A DNA stretch of 59,658 nt, filler included. It is 6 parts of 6 records of this genome, joined end to end, with 100 filler letters (N's around TTAATTAATTAA, not from the genome) between each part and the next. Parts side by side here need not be neighbours in the genome. Positions count along the whole stretch, not along the records: positions 16,736 to 35,923 come from SRR31156797_21620; 5 more parts are not named here. One strand, 5' to 3'. Every line of letters begins with the position of its first letter. Within the stretch, counting starts at the first letter, position 1. Below the pieces are notes generated by a model. It saw nothing but the letters and a program-made list of their open reading frames with translations, did not search any database and had not been told where the DNA came from. The position numbers were made by a program, and so were the translations under genes. Positions 19,886 to 30,815 of this stretch are shown piece after piece.

Positions 19886-20704
19886 ATGAACAAGGATATT
19901 GAAAGAGATTTCAACTTAGGAGGTACTGTAGAGCAGGCGCTGTCAGGCCAATACCAACTGAAAGTAGGAGCGGTACTGAAAGAAGCTTGGGATACCACCC
20001 TTAAGCACTTTATCTCTTTTTCTCCAGCCATCGTAATTATGGTCGCAATTCAAGTTGCAATATTTATCATCGCATTAAAGCTTCAACTGGGTGAACCGTC
20101 GATAATACTCACTGTGTTAGGTGAAGGGGGTGAGTTCCAGGAATCTTGGATTAATGCAATTTTCATCGCTAACTTTAGCTATGAGGTTGTTAGTGCTCCT
20201 GTTTATGCGGGTATATGTTTAATGGCAATGAGCCACGCTGCTGGGTTAAAAACCCAAACGAGACATATTGCTAAAGGCTTACAGTTTACGATTCCGGTTA
20301 TTTTAGCCACGATGGTAGGGCTCATGTTACAAGGCATTGCGGGTATGATTTTTCCATTGCTCTCAATGTATCTATCCGTTGCGTTTAGCAATTCAACACT
20401 GTTGATTTGTGAGAAGAACGTACCGCCAATGCAGTCGCTAATTCTCTCGTTACGAGCTGCGAATAAGAAATTGTTCCCTCTCGCGACTATTTACTTAACT
20501 GTGATGATAATGTTCGTCATTGCGGCTCTGCTGTACGGCATCGGTCTTATCTTCGTCGTACCATTTTTCTTCCATGTTAAAGGGATCATCTATCGAAATA
20601 TGTTTGGCGTGCGTCTGAAGATCGTCGCTTCTGGCAATGATGATAGTAACAACAAGGACGATAACGATAACAACAATAAAAACCCACAGGTGTTCGATGC
20701 ATAA
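19886..20704 (+). CDS. Conserved inner-membrane hypothetical protein
   Basis: 272 aa with several TM segments and an Asp/Asn-rich tail. Confidence 0.75.
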   Translation: MNKDIERDFNLGGTVEQALSGQYQLKVGAVLKEAWDTTLKHFISFSPAIVIMVAIQVAIFIIALKLQLGEPSIILTVLGEGGEFQESWINAIFIANFSYEVVSAPVYAGICLMAMSHAAGLKTQTRHIAKGLQFTIPVILATMVGLMLQGIAGMIFPLLSMYLSVAFSNSTLLICEKNVPPMQSLILSLRAANKKLFPLATIYLTVMIMFVIAALLYGIGLIFVVPFFFHVKGIIYRNMFGVRLKIVASGNDDSNNKDDNDNNNKNPQVFDA

Positions 20705-21506
20705 TATGGTTAAAGCTGCTGTTTTTGGTGGCGTTATAGCGGTTGCTGCATTCGGAGTATACAACTTCGAAACTAAGCATGCGTTAGTCAAACAAACAGC
20801 AACTCAAAGCAAATTAAAAGGTAAAGCCGTTTCTAAAGCACCTGATTTTACCGCTTTCACGGATGTTAACGAAAAGAAGCACGCGTTTTTTAGTTATCTT
20901 AAGCCCGGTATTGAGTTAGAAAATCAACGTATCCTCAAAGAGCGTGAACGCTTAATGCGAATCCAACACGATTTACTGAGAGGCTCTGTGAGTGAAGCGG
21001 ATATTGAAGACGCAAAACATTTAGGTCGTTTATATCAAGTTGAACTGACAGGCAATAGTATCTCGGCTCAATGGGTCGATGAAATGCTTCATCGTGCAGA
21101 CGTGATTCCAGAGGCGCTAGTATTGACTCAAGCCGCCAACGAATCCGCTTGGGGAACCTCTCGTTTTGCACGTACCGCTAAGAACTATTTTGGCCAATGG
21201 TGTTACAGTAAAGGCTGCGGTGTTGTTCCGTTACAACGTAGCGAGGGAATGACTCATGAAGTAGCAAAATTCAGTTCTGTTCAAGAGTCAATTCATCGTT
21301 ACTTTATGAATGTGAATCGTAACAACGCTTATATTGACTTACGCCAAATACGATTTGAACTGCGTGAAGATGGTGCTGACCTGGTAAGTACGAGCAGTGC
21401 TATGGAGATGAGTAACGGATTGTTGAAGTACTCTGAACGTGGGGAAGATTACGTACAAGACTTACAAGCAATGATGCGCCATAACGAAAAATATTGGATA
21501 AATTAA
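20697..21506 (+). CDS. bax: Bax-like GH73 glucosaminidase domain protein
   Basis: QAANESAWGTSRFA, NYFGQWC and YSERGEDY. Start placed at ATG 20697. Confidence 0.85.
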   Translation: MHNMVKAAVFGGVIAVAAFGVYNFETKHALVKQTATQSKLKGKAVSKAPDFTAFTDVNEKKHAFFSYLKPGIELENQRILKERERLMRIQHDLLRGSVSEADIEDAKHLGRLYQVELTGNSISAQWVDEMLHRADVIPEALVLTQAANESAWGTSRFARTAKNYFGQWCYSKGCGVVPLQRSEGMTHEVAKFSSVQESIHRYFMNVNRNNAYIDLRQIRFELREDGADLVSTSSAMEMSNGLLKYSERGEDYVQDLQAMMRHNEKYWIN

Positions 21507-22165
21507 TGAAGTCAGTTTCAGCTATCGCTCTGGGAATCCTATGCGCTGGGTTTACGCTAAATGCGACCGCACAAGAATACATGTTTACCTATAGTAAACT
21601 TTACTCATCGGTAAAAAATAACGCTAAGCCTGAATATACAGATGTAAAAGTTGGTGTGTTTTTCTTAAATGCAGATACCAAACGTCTGTGTGAAATAGAA
21701 AAAGCCTGGATGGAAAAAGAAAAGCATTACGAAGAACTTAAAACCAGTGCAAGTCATGAACTCATGCTACCGGTAGATTCAAATCTAAAAGAAGCCAATC
21801 CACTGGTATTTGTCGATACCCCTCTAGATACTCGCTGTGACTTTTCACTGGTGGTGATGAGCAGAGAACCGTTCCAAGGACGCGTTTCTTATGGTGAAAT
21901 TGAGCCTTTGCTTCCTCAGATGCAAAGCTTGCTAGAATCTTTAGGTGGTATGTTCTCTAGCTGGTTTACCCCTGATGTAGAGGGTGTGACATTAGAGTTT
22001 GCTGATAACCTGAATGATGTGATCAAACTAAGCAGTGGTGAGCAAATCGCTATTACTGAAGGCAAAGCTCAAGTAACCTTACAGCAAATATCCAAAGACG
22101 GTTGGATGGAGCTCCCTCAACCGACGACACGGGTTTTACCTTTCTTGCCAGGGGCAAAAAAATAG
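21506..22165 (+). CDS. Exported hypothetical protein (DUF2987-like)
   Basis: Signal peptide, TAATG overlap with the upstream stop, and YMFTYSKLY N-terminus. Confidence 0.7.
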   Translation: MKSVSAIALGILCAGFTLNATAQEYMFTYSKLYSSVKNNAKPEYTDVKVGVFFLNADTKRLCEIEKAWMEKEKHYEELKTSASHELMLPVDSNLKEANPLVFVDTPLDTRCDFSLVVMSREPFQGRVSYGEIEPLLPQMQSLLESLGGMFSSWFTPDVEGVTLEFADNLNDVIKLSSGEQIAITEGKAQVTLQQISKDGWMELPQPTTRVLPFLPGAKK

Positions 22166-22168
22166 CAC

Positions 22169-22200
22169 AAAAAAGGCTGCATAATATGCAGCCTTTTTTT
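22169..22200. terminator. Bidirectional intrinsic terminator
   Basis: AAAAAAGGCTGCAT-AAT-ATGCAGCCTTTTTTT. Confidence 0.85.
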
Positions 22201-22218
22201 CATCAATTAGGGCAGCGA

Positions 22219-23154
22219 TTAAACGTTAGTTACGTCCAACTTTAAGCTTGGATCAAACGCCACAACGGTGTCTTCATCTTCAAATGACTGTACTGGGATC
22301 TCTTCTTTATCAAAACCAATATCGCCACCGTTAATCACGCCAGAATCGCGGTCAATAGACTTAAAGTCAAACAGCTCATGATCCGCTAAATGACTCGGTA
22401 CGACATTTTGCATAGCACGGAACATGGATTCAATACGCCCAGGAAACTGTTTATCCCATCCGTTAAGCATTTGCTTAATGTTCTGACGTTGTAAGTTAGG
22501 CTGAGAACCGCATAAATTACATGGGATGATAGGGTAGTCACGCATTGTGGCATATTTGATAATATCTTTTTCACGACAGTACGCTAAAGGACGAATAACC
22601 ACGTGTTCACCGTTATCTGAAACCAGTTTTGGTGGCATGCCTTTCATTTTGCCGCCATAGAACATGTTCAAAAATAACGTTTCTAGAATATCATCGCGAT
22701 GGTGGCCCAACGCAATTTTAGTTGCGCCAATCTCTTTCGCGGTACGATACAAAATGCCTCGGCGTAAACGCGAGCATAGAGAACAGGTCGTTTTACCTTC
22801 AGGGATTTTATCTTGAACGATAGAGTAAGTATCTTCTTCAACGATCTTGTGCTCGACACCTAACTGCTCTAGATAAGCAGGAAGAATATCTGCAGGGAAG
22901 CCTGGCTGCTTCTGATCAAGGTTGACTGCAACTAACTCAAACGATACGGGTGCACTTTTTTGCAGGCTCATTAGTATCTCAAGCATAGTAAAGCTGTCTT
23001 TACCGCCAGATAAACACACCATGATACGGTCGCCATCCTCAATCATGTTGAAATCAGCAATGGCTTGGCCGGTATGGCGACGAATCCGCTTTTGCAATTT
23101 ATTGAAATTGTATTGTTGAGCTTTGGTTAGCTCTTGAGTTTGCTCAGTCATCAC
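22219..23154 (-). CDS. ttcA: tRNA 2-thiocytidine(32) synthetase
   Basis: PP-loop SGGKDS, CSLC, GHHRDD and CNLCGSQ. Confidence 0.97.
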   Translation of the reverse strand: MMTEQTQELTKAQQYNFNKLQKRIRRHTGQAIADFNMIEDGDRIMVCLSGGKDSFTMLEILMSLQKSAPVSFELVAVNLDQKQPGFPADILPAYLEQLGVEHKIVEEDTYSIVQDKIPEGKTTCSLCSRLRRGILYRTAKEIGATKIALGHHRDDILETLFLNMFYGGKMKGMPPKLVSDNGEHVVIRPLAYCREKDIIKYATMRDYPIIPCNLCGSQPNLQRQNIKQMLNGWDKQFPGRIESMFRAMQNVVPSHLADHELFDFKSIDRDSGVINGGDIGFDKEEIPVQSFEDEDTVVAFDPSLKLDVTNV

Positions 23155-23239
23155 TTGCAGTCTTAATCATCAAAACAAAATGAAGTGCGTATGATACGGA
23201 TAAATGGGCGAGATGCCAGAGTTTAGCGTGAATCGATAC

Positions 23240-23271
23240 AAAAAAGTCCCTAAACAAAAGTTAGGGACTTT
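23240..23271 (-). terminator. Intrinsic terminator after uspE
   Basis: AAAAAAGTCCCTAA...TTAGGGACTTT stem. Confidence 0.75.
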
Positions 23272-23292
23272 CAGTGTAACGCTATTTAGTGA

Positions 23293-24240
23293 TTAAGAAG
23301 CGACGGTCGGATCTAATGGACTTACATAGCCTTTAGGTTTTAGTGCCATTACATCACAATTGATTTTATCAATGACTTGCTCAGCAGTATTACCGATAAA
23401 GACAGCCGAAAGACCTGTACGACCTGTAGTGCCTAAAATAACCATTGCTGCGTTAAGCTTATCAGCAGCTTGAGGGATCACATCCTCGGGTAGCCCTTGC
23501 TCAACCATGGTATGTTCTTCATCAATGCCATGTTTCTGTCTCAACGCTTTCATTGCTGTGAGATGATGACCGCGAACCGCATCGGTATAGGTTGTTGGAT
23601 CAAACTCAGGCAACTCAATAGTAATGTTTGCTGGAGTGACGGGATATGCATTGACTAAATAAGGCGTGGTGGATAAACGCTCTGAAAGATTGAGCAGCTG
23701 TTCAACCATACGGTCATTTAAATCCAGATGCGTATCGATTTCGGAACCAACGTGAACAGAAGCGACAATGTTCGCGTTTTCTGGCCAGTCCGAATTTTTC
23801 ACAAGTAGCACAGGAATAGGGCATTTACGCAATAGATGCCAATCCGTAGGGGTGAAAATAACGGATTCTAAAACGTCATGCTTACGCGTACCTTTAATTA
23901 AAATGTCGTGTTCACCTGCGAACACTTCACCAATAATGGCCTCATAAGGTCGGTTATGCCAAACAACTTTAACATCAAAAACAACGGATTCGTTTAGGTA
24001 TGGTTCCGCAACTTTATGCATCCACTGCTCTCGTTGATGAATCACACCGCGTCTCATGGCATCCCGCTCATCAGCCGATAACATCGATGTCATGTCGTAT
24101 GAAAAATCATAGATCGACAAGAAAAATGTTATATGGCTAGTAGAGCGACTTTTCTTTGCTAATTGAATAGCGCGAGCTAAAGCTGGTTGTTCATCATGAT
24201 TAATATCAGCAACTACCAGTATTTTGTTATAGATACTCAT
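23293..24240 (-). CDS. uspE: Universal stress protein E
   Basis: Tandem USP domains, TPTDWHLLRKCP and GRTGLSAVFIGNTAE. Lies downstream of fnr. Confidence 0.95.
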   Translation of the reverse strand: MSIYNKILVVADINHDEQPALARAIQLAKKSRSTSHITFFLSIYDFSYDMTSMLSADERDAMRRGVIHQREQWMHKVAEPYLNESVVFDVKVVWHNRPYEAIIGEVFAGEHDILIKGTRKHDVLESVIFTPTDWHLLRKCPIPVLLVKNSDWPENANIVASVHVGSEIDTHLDLNDRMVEQLLNLSERLSTTPYLVNAYPVTPANITIELPEFDPTTYTDAVRGHHLTAMKALRQKHGIDEEHTMVEQGLPEDVIPQAADKLNAAMVILGTTGRTGLSAVFIGNTAEQVIDKINCDVMALKPKGYVSPLDPTVAS

Positions 24241-24333
24241 AACAAACTCCTTTTTCGTTTGGAGATTTCTTATTTAAGAGTAGCTTAGAAGTGACGAGAG
24301 GTTTAGCAAAAAAAGAGGGAATGTAGAAGAAGT

Positions 24334-24363
24334 ATGACGTAGCTCATTATTGAGCTACGTCAT
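24334..24363. terminator. Palindromic hairpin between fnr and uspE
   Basis: ATGACGTAGCTCA-TTAT-TGAGCTACGTCAT perfect 13-bp stem. Confidence 0.55.
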
Positions 24364-24369
24364 TGATGT

Positions 24370-25122
24370 TTATTTAGTTTCTTTAGAAACGCCAGCAAGT
24401 TCCATTAGGGCATCGTGATCCAAAATGGTGATGTACTTACCTTTTACACTGAGAATTTCAGATTTCTGGAAACGTCCAAGTAGACGACTGATCGTTTCAA
24501 CAGTTAGGCCAAGGTAGTTACCAATATCACCACGCGTCATGGTTAAACGGAACTCTCTAGGGCTGAAACCACGTTGTGAAAAACGAGTAGAAAGGTTGAA
24601 AAGAAAAGCGGCTAAACGTTCTTCAGCGTTTTTCTTTGACAATAGAAGAATCATCTCCTGATCGCCCTTAATTTCGTTACTCATCAAACGCATAATCTGT
24701 TGACGAAGCTTCGGCATCTTGCCAGAAAGATCATCTAAGATTTCATAAGGAATTTCACAAACCATTGAGGTTTCGAGAGCTTGAGCGAAACTAGGGTGGG
24801 AGTCACCTGTAATAGCATCAAAGCCTACTAAATCACCCGCTAAATGGAATGCTGTAATTTGCTCATCACCTTGCTCAGTAATGGTGTAACTCTTAATGGT
24901 TCCAGAACGGATTGCGTATAAAGACTTAAGTTCATCACCCGCTTTAAAAAGTTCCTGACCTTTTTGGATTGGCTTTTTACGCTCTATAATTTGGTCGAGT
25001 TGATCTAACTCAGACTCATTAAGAGTGAATGGAATACATAGTTGGCTGATACTGCAATCTTGACAGTGAATTGCACATCCACCAGATTGAATTCGCTTCG
25101 CAGCAGGCTTTTCCGAAATCAT
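24370..25122 (-). CDS. fnr: Fumarate/nitrate reduction regulator FNR
   Basis: N-terminal [14 protein letters not shown] Fe-S ligands and [12 protein letters not shown]. Confidence 0.97.
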   Translation of the reverse strand: MISEKPAAKRIQSGGCAIHCQDCSISQLCIPFTLNESELDQLDQIIERKKPIQKGQELFKAGDELKSLYAIRSGTIKSYTITEQGDEQITAFHLAGDLVGFDAITGDSHPSFAQALETSMVCEIPYEILDDLSGKMPKLRQQIMRLMSNEIKGDQEMILLLSKKNAEERLAAFLFNLSTRFSQRGFSPREFRLTMTRGDIGNYLGLTVETISRLLGRFQKSEILSVKGKYITILDHDALMELAGVSKETK

Positions 25123-25138
25123 AACGACCTTTCACTAA

Positions 25139-25152
25139 TTGATTTACATCAA
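25139..25152. promoter_or_regulatory. FNR box (autoregulation of fnr)
   Basis: Perfect TTGAT-TTAC-ATCAA just upstream of the fnr start. Confidence 0.85.
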
Positions 25153-25212
25153 TATTTTAGCATTCCTTTGCACTAAAGGATAGTTAAAAAAATTGCTCCA
25201 ACAATCAATCAT

Positions 25213-25890
25213 CTAATGTAGATTGATTAGCATATTTATCGCTCCGTAACCGGAATAGAGGCCATAACAAACAATTGAAATTGCAGCAATTGATCGAAAC
25301 CAATCTGATTGCTGTAACTGTTTAATTTTTGTTGCCCCAAAGCCAACGAGTAACATTGCTGGCAAGGTTCCGATTCCAAAAGCTGACATAATAAGTGCGC
25401 CATTTAGTGCGCTTCCCGAAACCGCTGCCCACGTTAACGTAGAGTAAACTAAACCGCAAGGTAACCAGCCCCAGATTATGCCAAAAGGTAGAGCGTACCA
25501 GCTTTTTTTTAGTGGCAGTAATGAGCGTCCGTAAGGGGAGACCCATTTCCAAATGTTTTGCCCCAGCGTTTCCAAACGCAACAAACCAAACCACCACCGG
25601 CCAATATACAGACCAAGGATAATCATCATCACTGCTGATAATATTCTGAGCCAAACTAGAGAGTGATTAAGAGATGTTAAATGTGACAAAGATGCGGTTA
25701 AACCTGCAACGATGGCACCAAAAATGGAATAGCTAGCGATTCTGCCCACATTGTAAAACAGTAAAGGAACCGCAGGGTTTTTATTGGGAGAGTTCAGCAT
25801 CAATAGTGAACTCAACCCTCCGCACATTCCTACGCAGTGTCCGGCTCCCAGGAGGCCAACGACGAAAGCGCCTAAAAAATCTGGCATCAT
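25213..25890 (-). CDS. DsbD_2/TauE-SafE-like membrane protein of the cco maturation cluster
   Basis: HCVGMCGG, YNVGRI, GWLPCGLVY and FGIGTLP. Confidence 0.85.
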   Translation of the reverse strand: MMPDFLGAFVVGLLGAGHCVGMCGGLSSLLMLNSPNKNPAVPLLFYNVGRIASYSIFGAIVAGLTASLSHLTSLNHSLVWLRILSAVMMIILGLYIGRWWFGLLRLETLGQNIWKWVSPYGRSLLPLKKSWYALPFGIIWGWLPCGLVYSTLTWAAVSGSALNGALIMSAFGIGTLPAMLLVGFGATKIKQLQQSDWFRSIAAISIVCYGLYSGYGAINMLINLH

Positions 25891-26060
25891 TTTTTGTTAT
25901 CGTTCTTTGGCGTTAAATGCTCGTCTTCATCAAATAAAATGTTATGTCCCTGACGTTCGAGATCTTCAAATTGATCACTTTTGACCGCCCATAGAAATAT
26001 CGCGACAGCAACACACACAATCACAATAGCGATGGGAATCAAAATGTATAAGCTTTCCAT
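25887..26060 (-). CDS. ccoS: cbb3 oxidase maturation protein CcoS (57 aa, not in ORF track)
   Basis: MESLYILIPIAIVIVCVAVAIFLWAVKSDQFEDLERQGHNILFDED...-TGA. Confidence 0.9.
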   Translation of the reverse strand: MESLYILIPIAIVIVCVAVAIFLWAVKSDQFEDLERQGHNILFDEDEHLTPKNDNKK

Positions 26061-28442
26061 TTATGAGCCACTCTTTTCTTTCAGCAACCGAAGAGAATTC
26101 GATACTACTATAATTGAGCTCGCAGACATACCAACAACAGCGACATAAGGAGCAACAAAGCCCGCAACGGCCAAAGGCAAAATAACAAGGTTGTAGCCTA
26201 GTGCCCATGCTAAGTTCTGTCTGATGATGCTCCGTGTTTTTAGAGCCAATTCACGCGCTTCTAACAACTTATCCAATTTATCGCCTAGCAACACCATGTC
26301 AGCCGAAGCTTTAGCGACATCGGTGCCGCTACCCATGGCAACAGAGAGGTGCGCACCAGCGAGAGTCGGCGCATCATTAATACCATCACCTACCATCATG
26401 GTAATGTCGTTATTATCCAGTGAGCGTAAGTGGCTAAGTTTATCTTCCGGCTTTGCTTGTGCTATCACGTTGTCGACACCTAGTTGGTTAGCAACCTGAT
26501 CAGCATTAATTTTTGAATCACCCGTTAACAGGGTGATTTTAATCCCTGCTTCGTGAAACTTTGAAATAAAGCTGCTTGCTTCTTTTCGAATCGGGTCTTG
26601 ATAAACAAACGTCGCCACATGTTGACCATCGACCGACATATAAACGGCATTACGCTCCTTCAAGCCTGAGTCAGCTGCTAGCGCATAAGAGGCGTTACCC
26701 ACACGAACGAGCTGACTATCAATGAGTCCTTCAATCCCAGAGCCGATAATATTCTTCACATCTGAAGCAATAACTTGTGAAGAAAAGTAGGGCTTGAACG
26801 CTTTAGCAATGGGGTGGTTTGCATACTGTTCAATACTAGCGGCAACGGCGAGGCAACGATCTTTGTCCCAAGATGCATTGACCACTAACACATCACTAAT
26901 TTGAATATTTCCTTGTGTTAGCGTGCCAGTTTTATCCAAAACCAGATGGTTCACTTTGCACAAGGTTTCGAATACGTGATTTTTTCTTAAAAGAATACCA
27001 AAGCTACCCAATTTTGAGGTTGCACAAGTCAAGGCTGTTGGCGTGGCAAGTGACAGTGCACAAGGGCAGGTTGCAACCAATACAGACAACATGATCCAAA
27101 ATGCATCGTCTGGACGAGAATCATGCCAATACAGCCATGTTGCTGCCGAAATGATAAGAATAATAGCCACAAAATAACGAGCGACGACATCAGCGATTTC
27201 AGCGATCTTTGGTTTCGAAGATTGAGCATCGTCTTGGAGCCGGACGATATTTGAGATCACCGAGTCTGCTTTGCTCGCCGTTACTTCTAAATCAAAGGCT
27301 TCATCACCGTTTAACGTACCGGCAAACGTTGCGTCACCGACATTCTTAATCACTGGGAGTGACTCACCTGTTAGCATAGATTCATCAATATGTACCCGAT
27401 TTGAAATCACCACACCATCCGCTGGGATATGCTCGCCAGGTAATACTCGAATCTTGTCGCCAACCTTAAGTGTTTTTACGGGAACCTGAGTTCCATCAAG
27501 ACGAGTGGCAATCGCCGGAATGAGTTTTAAAAGGTTACCACTTGCTGCTGCCGCTTTACGTCGTGCTCTCATTTCAAGAAAACGGCCAACCAGAAGGAAG
27601 AATGTAAACATCGAAATTGATTCGAAGAATACTTCTCCTTTTTCAGTCACTGTCGCAAACAAACTCGCCACATAAGCAAAAAGTAGGGCAATAGAAACGG
27701 GAACATCCATGCCTAAAGTTCGCCCTTTGATACTCCGCCAGGCGTTGACATAGAAGGGGAATGCTGAATAGAGCAGTACCGGTGTAGCAAATAACAAGCT
27801 CACCCATCGGAAATAGTTTTTGAACTCGCTATCAAGGTCACCAAATGCTTCTAGATACAAAGCAACAGCAAGCATCATAACTTGCATCGTCGCCAGCCCT
27901 GCAACACCTAAGCGATACAGGTATTGCTTCATCGATTGATGGTATTGTTCTTCGTGCTTATCCGCTTCAAAAGGCGCGGCTTTATAGCCTAGCTTATGAA
28001 TACGAGAGAGGATATTACTCAATTTGGCAGAGGAGTTATCCCAACTTAACAGCGCCCGGTTGGTTGTAGTGTTGACTCTTATACCGATGACCCCAGGTTC
28101 ATTAGAGAGTTGCTTTTCAATCAACCAAGCACATGCTGCACATGAGACCCCTTCGAGCGATAGCGTCACTTCAGCATGATCATCCGTGTTTCTGACAAAC
28201 TCTTGTTGTACATCGGTATTGTCATAATGGATAAGAGACTTTAGCTGCTCAGGAACCAACTCGACTCTCTCTGCCTTGGTGGTACGAAACTGATAGTAGG
28301 AAACGAGTCCGCTATCGACAATCGTTTCCGCTACCGTTTTACAACCAGGACAGCACATGTCACGTTCTTCTTCGAGAATAGTAACCTTGAAGTCCGTGTT
28401 TTCTGGTACATCTTCACCACAGTGATAACACGATTTGCTCAT
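26061..28442 (-). CDS. ccoI: Copper P1B-type ATPase CcoI/FixI
   Basis: CYHC, CCPGC, CAAC, TGES, CPC, DKTGT and GDGIND. Confidence 0.93.
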   Translation of the reverse strand: MSKSCYHCGEDVPENTDFKVTILEEERDMCCPGCKTVAETIVDSGLVSYYQFRTTKAERVELVPEQLKSLIHYDNTDVQQEFVRNTDDHAEVTLSLEGVSCAACAWLIEKQLSNEPGVIGIRVNTTTNRALLSWDNSSAKLSNILSRIHKLGYKAAPFEADKHEEQYHQSMKQYLYRLGVAGLATMQVMMLAVALYLEAFGDLDSEFKNYFRWVSLLFATPVLLYSAFPFYVNAWRSIKGRTLGMDVPVSIALLFAYVASLFATVTEKGEVFFESISMFTFFLLVGRFLEMRARRKAAAASGNLLKLIPAIATRLDGTQVPVKTLKVGDKIRVLPGEHIPADGVVISNRVHIDESMLTGESLPVIKNVGDATFAGTLNGDEAFDLEVTASKADSVISNIVRLQDDAQSSKPKIAEIADVVARYFVAIILIISAATWLYWHDSRPDDAFWIMLSVLVATCPCALSLATPTALTCATSKLGSFGILLRKNHVFETLCKVNHLVLDKTGTLTQGNIQISDVLVVNASWDKDRCLAVAASIEQYANHPIAKAFKPYFSSQVIASDVKNIIGSGIEGLIDSQLVRVGNASYALAADSGLKERNAVYMSVDGQHVATFVYQDPIRKEASSFISKFHEAGIKITLLTGDSKINADQVANQLGVDNVIAQAKPEDKLSHLRSLDNNDITMMVGDGINDAPTLAGAHLSVAMGSGTDVAKASADMVLLGDKLDKLLEARELALKTRSIIRQNLAWALGYNLVILPLAVAGFVAPYVAVVGMSASSIIVVSNSLRLLKEKSGS

Positions 28443-28443
28443 A

Positions 28444-28926
28444 TTACTTGTTCATCAATTGAGTAACAGACGACGATGGGAAAGTAACGCGACCTTGGAC
28501 TAACCATTCACCATTGTGCGGCGTTAATTCGATAAACCACGGGCCTTGCATTTCATGATCCAGCGAGATGCGATAGTTACCTTTCGCATCTGATGTAATC
28601 AACTGCGTAAAGTCTCGGTCTGGAAGCGTACGGTGAGCAAACATGGCTTGGATTGCGGGGTAATGATCCAAGCTACCTTTATCGAATTGAATGACAATAT
28701 CGTTGTCTTGAGAATACACGGAGGCTTTTAAACCTAAATCTTTTGCTACGTGAATCTTAGATAAGTCGATGTTTATCCCTTTACCTTTTTTATAGTAATC
28801 CTCAGTCACTAAAGAGACAGAATTATTTGAAAACACGATAACCGTAATAATTGTCCAAACAACAACTGTAAGAGGAAGGATAATCAGGAACCACGGCCAA
28901 AATTGTTTATACCAAGGCTTTACCAT
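28444..28926 (-). CDS. ccoH: FixH/CcoH family protein
   Basis: PWYKQFWPWF and DYYKKGKGIN. Confidence 0.9.
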   Translation of the reverse strand: MVKPWYKQFWPWFLIILPLTVVVWTIITVIVFSNNSVSLVTEDYYKKGKGINIDLSKIHVAKDLGLKASVYSQDNDIVIQFDKGSLDHYPAIQAMFAHRTLPDRDFTQLITSDAKGNYRISLDHEMQGPWFIELTPHNGEWLVQGRVTFPSSSVTQLMNK

Positions 28927-28975
28927 AAAAAAGTTCTCTACAACAAATAAATAAGAAGGGCTTAAAACTTAAGAG

Positions 28976-29003
28976 AAAAGCAGCCCCTGGGAAAGGGGCT
29001 GTT
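28976..29003 (-). terminator. Hairpin/terminator after ccoP
   Basis: AAAAGCAGCCCCT-GGGAA-AGGGGCTGTT. Confidence 0.65.
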
Positions 29004-29015
29004 ATTAGATTTTTA

Positions 29016-29993
29016 CTATTTTTGTGAATTGCTTAGGCTCCAGACATATGCTGAAACAAGTTGCACTTTGTCTTCACCTAAAATGTCAATCCAAGCTGGC
29101 ATCACACCAGAACGTCCGTTCATAACAGTTTCTGTTACTGCCGCACGTGAATCGCCGAACAACCAATCTTGGTCAGTTAGGTCAGGAGCACCCACCGCTG
29201 GGTTACCTTTACCATCTGTACCATGACAAGCTGCACACACTACGAAGCGAGCTTTACCCGCTTCCGCTTCACGAGCGTTAACAGAACGGCCACTTAGGCT
29301 TAGCGTGTAGCTTACAACTTCAGCTACGCCTTGTTCACCTAATGCATCTTTCCATGCTGGCATTTGACCGATACGTCCGTGACGAATAGTCGTCACGATA
29401 GCAGCTGGCTCACCGCCATATAGCCACGCGTTATCAGTCAGGTTAGGGAAGCCAGTTTGACCACGGGCATCTGAACCATGACATTGGGAACAGTTTTGCA
29501 AGAACAAACGTTGACCAACCTTAAGTGCATCAGAGTCTGCTGCAATTTCAGGGATTGAACGTAGTTCTGAACCACCGTCTTTAAAAGCTAGGCGTTTAAA
29601 TGCTTCACCAAAATACGCATCTGCATCATCCAGCTCTTTCGCATACTGTACAAGAGTTTTGGTCTCTTGCGCATTTGCGATAGAAGCTTTCGATTCTGCT
29701 AATGAACGTACTTGTTGATCTGAACTTTGCCAACCTAGAACACCTTTGAAGTTGCCTAGGCCTGGGTATAGTGTCAGATAAATAGCAGCAAAAATGAACG
29801 TACTTACAAATAGGTAAGTCCACCATTTTGGCAATGGGTTGTTGATTTCGCGAATACCATCGTACTCGTGGCCCATGTCTGCGCCTTCTTCAACACCCAT
29901 TTTGTCTTTTAAACACCAAACGAGAAGAATCGCACATCCAAGTAGAGTACCGACCGTTATTACGATGATCCAAAGACTCCAGAATGTAGTCAT
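29016..29993 (-). CDS. ccoP: cbb3 cytochrome c oxidase subunit III
   Basis: GHEYDGIREINNPLPKWW and two heme motifs, CSQCH and CAACH. Confidence 0.97.
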   Translation of the reverse strand: MTTFWSLWIIVITVGTLLGCAILLVWCLKDKMGVEEGADMGHEYDGIREINNPLPKWWTYLFVSTFIFAAIYLTLYPGLGNFKGVLGWQSSDQQVRSLAESKASIANAQETKTLVQYAKELDDADAYFGEAFKRLAFKDGGSELRSIPEIAADSDALKVGQRLFLQNCSQCHGSDARGQTGFPNLTDNAWLYGGEPAAIVTTIRHGRIGQMPAWKDALGEQGVAEVVSYTLSLSGRSVNAREAEAGKARFVVCAACHGTDGKGNPAVGAPDLTDQDWLFGDSRAAVTETVMNGRSGVMPAWIDILGEDKVQLVSAYVWSLSNSQK

Positions 29994-30169
29994 TACTTAG
30001 TCACTCCTTGTTTATTAGAGGGTGTTTTTGGCTCTTCGTCTGCAAAAATTAGGTTGGCAGCTTCGTCAAAACGCGCTTTACGCTTCTTGCCATATGCCCA
30101 CCAAACTACACCAATAAAGCAGCCGAATAGCACTATGGTCCAAATACTGTGAATAGTACCGATATCCAT
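29993..30169 (-). CDS. ccoQ: cbb3 cytochrome c oxidase subunit IV (58 aa, not in ORF track)
   Basis: MDIGTIHSIWTIVLFGCFIGVVWWAYGKKRKARFDEAANLIFADE...-TAA. Confidence 0.9.
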   Translation of the reverse strand: MDIGTIHSIWTIVLFGCFIGVVWWAYGKKRKARFDEAANLIFADEEPKTPSNKQGVTK

Positions 30170-30181
30170 AATTACCTCTGT

Positions 30182-30802
30182 TTATTTCATTGCGTGACCA
30201 AGAGACTGAAGGTAAGCAATGATGGCATCCATCTCTGATTTTCCTTCTACATCTTTTGTCGCATTTGCTATTTGCTCATCTGTGTATGGCACACCGAATT
30301 GGTTACGGAAAATCTCAAGTTTTCTCTGAGTATCCTTACCATCTAACATGTTTTCAGCTAACCACGGGAAACCCGGCATATTCGATTCAGGTACAAGCTC
30401 ACGTGGATCTAATAGGTGAACACGGTGCCATTCATCAGAATAACGCCCACCAACACGAGCTAGGTCTGGACCAGTACGCTTAGAACCCCATAGGAATGGG
30501 TGTTCCCATACACTTTCACCAGCAACGGAGTAATGACCATAACGTTCTGTTTCAGAACGGAAAGGACGTACCATTTGGCTGTGACAAACGTTACAACCTT
30601 CACGGATATAGATATCACGACCTTCCATCTGAAGCGCAGTATATGGCTTCAAGTTTTCTACAGGCTCAGTGGTTTGCTTTTGGAAAATCAACGGTGTGAT
30701 CTCAACCAAAGCACCCCAACTGATTGCGAATACAATCATAATTGCCAACAAACCGACGTTACGTTCGATAATGCCATGGCGATTATTAGAATCTGAACTC
30801 AT
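30182..30802 (-). CDS. ccoO: cbb3 cytochrome c oxidase subunit II
   Basis: [20 protein letters not shown] and [10 protein letters not shown]. Confidence 0.97.
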   Translation of the reverse strand: MSSDSNNRHGIIERNVGLLAIMIVFAISWGALVEITPLIFQKQTTEPVENLKPYTALQMEGRDIYIREGCNVCHSQMVRPFRSETERYGHYSVAGESVWEHPFLWGSKRTGPDLARVGGRYSDEWHRVHLLDPRELVPESNMPGFPWLAENMLDGKDTQRKLEIFRNQFGVPYTDEQIANATKDVEGKSEMDAIIAYLQSLGHAMK

Positions 30803-30815
30803 TCTTTAAATCTCC

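Noticed and set aside
28927-29015. Absence of ccoG between ccoP and ccoH
   Set aside because: To my knowledge this is the usual Vibrio arrangement, with ccoG located elsewhere, not a lesion.
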